Shown piece after piece: positions 61,626 through 64,000 of a DNA stretch of 64,000 nucleotides; the stretch's first letter is position 1; every line of letters starts with the position of its first letter. Under the pieces are notes generated by a model, which worked only from the letters and a program-made list of their open reading frames with translations, was not told the origin of the DNA and made no database searches. A program made the position numbers and the translations under genes. This DNA comes from Chlorokybus atmophyticus (Eukaryota > Plantae > Mesostigma and Chlorokybus algae): assembly GCA_009103225.1 (NCBI GenBank), contig RHPI01001507.1:1-64000 (forward strand), read 5' to 3'.

Positions 61626-64000
61626 CGTAGCTACTTCAAAGGGCTGTTTACTGAGCTCTTGAAAACGCCCGAATCAGTGCAGTAACCACCGAGTTATAAC
61701 GATTCTTGTGCAGGCCTGGAAGTCACCAGACTCCAGACTCGAGTCCGCGCTAAAACCTTCACGCGCCTGGAATTTGCGACTTGAGTCCTCGCCTAGAGCC
61801 TTCTCACGGCCATTCCTATTCAAAGGGCAAGCTGACCGTCCGCTTGGATGTAGGAATATCTCCAACACTCCCACGCGGGCAGCTTGGCCTTCGACATTTC
61901 TCCCCTTTAAATTCATGCACCGCTAGCTCTCATGCTAGCCTTGCCTCCCTGCTTGCGTACAATTGTGACAAAGCCTTTGACCTTCTCTTCCTCCAGCTCC
62001 TCCATGCTTCCCATGAGCACCTGGACCCCGATTCTCCTTTAACAATGTGTCCTCCACAACAACTTGAGGCTTTGAGACGTCCTCTTGCATCTTGCTCCCA
62101 TGCTGCACTTGCTCCTTGTCGCCCTGCACCTGTCCTCTTGAGATAGCAACTCTAGCTCTGGTGGTAGCCCTTGGCTCTTCCTTAGCCACCTTGCTCTCCA
62201 CCACTTGCTTGTGACTCTTTGCAGCTCCCACGGGCTCCGAGCTTGTCTGCTTCATAGCAACCTTCAGTGCCTCCTTGTTGCTCAAACCTTGTGGTGTCTT
62301 GCACTCTTTCTCAACCACCCTTGTCTTTGCGACAACCTTGTGTGCAATGTCCTCCTTTTCAGCGTAGTAGAGCCCACCCTTATTGATGCCTACCACATGT
62401 GTGACGTCTCCAAGGACTATCCTTCCCTTGTCCGCATTAAAAACAGCCCTAGCACCAACCCTTGTGGCTACACGTTCTGAGAACAAGCTAGCAGATGCAC
62501 CGGGCACATACAGTACATCTCTAAGCACAACGTCTCTCACGGCACTACCAACCTTGCACCTCAACTTGAGGTCGCCCTTTGCAACAGCATTCAGCATCTT
62601 CCTGTTCCCAAACTCCACCGTGACAGGCTTAGTCAAAGGAGTAACATTGGCAAGCGCTTGTGAGATGCCTGTTTGCTCCTGTGTCCAGCACCCACCCATG
62701 ATACTCCGCTCCCTCATCCGATGCATGGAAAGCAACCGCTTGATGCTCACCATCACCCTTCTTCAACTCGGGACACTTCATCTTGATGTTACCACGCTCC
62801 CCGCAGTGCCAACACTCTACGTTGATGCCTCGAACGCCCTTCCTCACATGATGCTTCAATGATGACGTGAATGCCGTAGTGCTTCCAAGTGCTCCTTCTC
62901 CATCATCATCCTCCTTCCTCAAGCGCTGCTCCTTTTTAAGAAGCCTAGGTGTCACTCCATCTAGCGACAAGTCCTCTGTCCCGCACTCCAAGATAGTGAC
63001 CACCACTCTATACTCCTTAGGCAACCCCGAAAGCACAACCCACACTACCTCAACTTCCTTGAGTTCGTGGCCGACGCCCACCAAGTCCTTCCACAATGCC
63101 TTTGCTCGTGCAATGAACTTGACAATAGGCTCTCCGCTCTCCTTCCGCAACGAGTTGAGCTCTTGCCGCAGCTGCAACCTCCTTTACATGTTGCACGCCT
63201 TGAAGTGGCTATCCAACTTCGTCCAAAGCTCCCTTGCACTTTTGCACTCCTTTACTAGCACCAGGTGATGATCCGCCATGTGCAAGCCAATCAGCAACAA
63301 TGCCTTCTTCCCTTGCGCGATCCAAATACTCGCCTCACCTATAGGGACTGTCTCCGCCGGGTCTACATACTTCCACAACTCCTTGTGGGTCAGTAGCAGC
63401 TCCAACTTCACGCTCCAGATGTGTAGTTATCAACGTCTAGTGGGGTCAATTGTGAATTTAATGCCGTCCATGCTTGTGACCTCCGTTGCCTCTGCAACCT
63501 ACCCACCAAGCAAGCACCTACTCACACGATAACAACTCATTACACCCTACACTAGCATGTGTGGGCCCATAACCTATTAAGATGCGTTGACAAACCTACA
63601 CATGCACATGTGTGCATGCCACCTAACACTAACGCCAAGAGGATGCAACAGCAAGACTAAGACCAACCATTGCCATCATGTCCGCGGGTTTATACCCGCC
63701 AGGAATACACGTGTCTACTCTAAAAGCCACCACATTTGCAACACTTATTAAAATGCTGCGTTGTAAGATACATTTTTTAGCTACTTCGGGCTACTAGTAT
63801 TGAGCTTTAGAACGCCCAAATCGGTGCAGTAACCATCGAGTTATGACGATTCTCGTACAGGCCTGGAAGTCGCCAGACTCCGGACTCGAATCCGCGCCTA
63901 GAACCTTCGCGCGCCTGGCACTTTCGACTCGAATCCTCGCCTAGAGCCTTCTCACGGCCATTCCTATTCAAAGGGCAAGCTGACCATCCGCCTGAATGTA
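61626..64000 (-). mobile_element. Non-autonomous or decayed Ty1/copia (gag and protease only); 3' LTR truncated, 5' LTR cut by the window edge
   Basis: 5' LTR at 63575-64000+ ends TCTTAATA. PBS GGTTATGGGCCCA at 63562-63574. Frameshifted gag (ELWKYVDP; LSGLPKEY; CWHCGERGNIKMKC) and protease (WVLDTGANRH); no IN or RT. PPT CGCGTGGGAG at 61868-77 and 3' LTR half at 61626-61867. Confidence 0.9.

Larger units (their letters stand above)
53370..61626 (+). mobile_element. Degenerate Ty3/gypsy-like LTR element (gag and protease), interrupted by a chromovirus and truncated at about 61626; left boundary uncertain
   Basis: Putative LTR segment with a 15-bp inverted repeat (53370-53384 / 53658-53672) and a TATA-like TATAAAAAA. 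A decayed gag with two CCHC knuckles follows, then a retropepsin at about 61250-61600. No RT was seen. Confidence 0.55.

Overview
Eukaryotic nuclear DNA, most likely a chlorophyte green alga. That is an inference from the GT-AG introns full of purine-pyrimidine repeats, TGTAA-type polyA signals, Osser/copia-type half-tRNA priming and a chromovirus. The window is a TE-dense region around a small island of two apparently intact spliced genes: an organellar peptide release factor 2 (36202-39061, -) and an unknown coiled-coil protein (33689-~35183, +). On both sides lie at least six decayed paralogous copies of a multi-exon gene for a helical-repeat, mTERF-like protein, several of them hit by TEs. 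The TEs are: one young intact Ty1/copia element (783-5690, 425-bp LTRs differing at 1 base, GTCGC TSD); a ~12-kb CAC...GTG element with a 3-bp TSD, GGACCA-N4-TGGTCC palindrome arrays and an unrecognised spliced cargo gene (8083-19951), holding two nested pogo-type elements; a non-autonomous CACTA element (27435-28897); a Harbinger transposase fragment; a copia solo LTR; a degenerate gypsy-like element interrupted by a chromovirus (56895-60280); and a deleted copia at the right edge. No rRNA, tRNA or CRISPR array is supported. All alignments were made by eye and no database searches were run.
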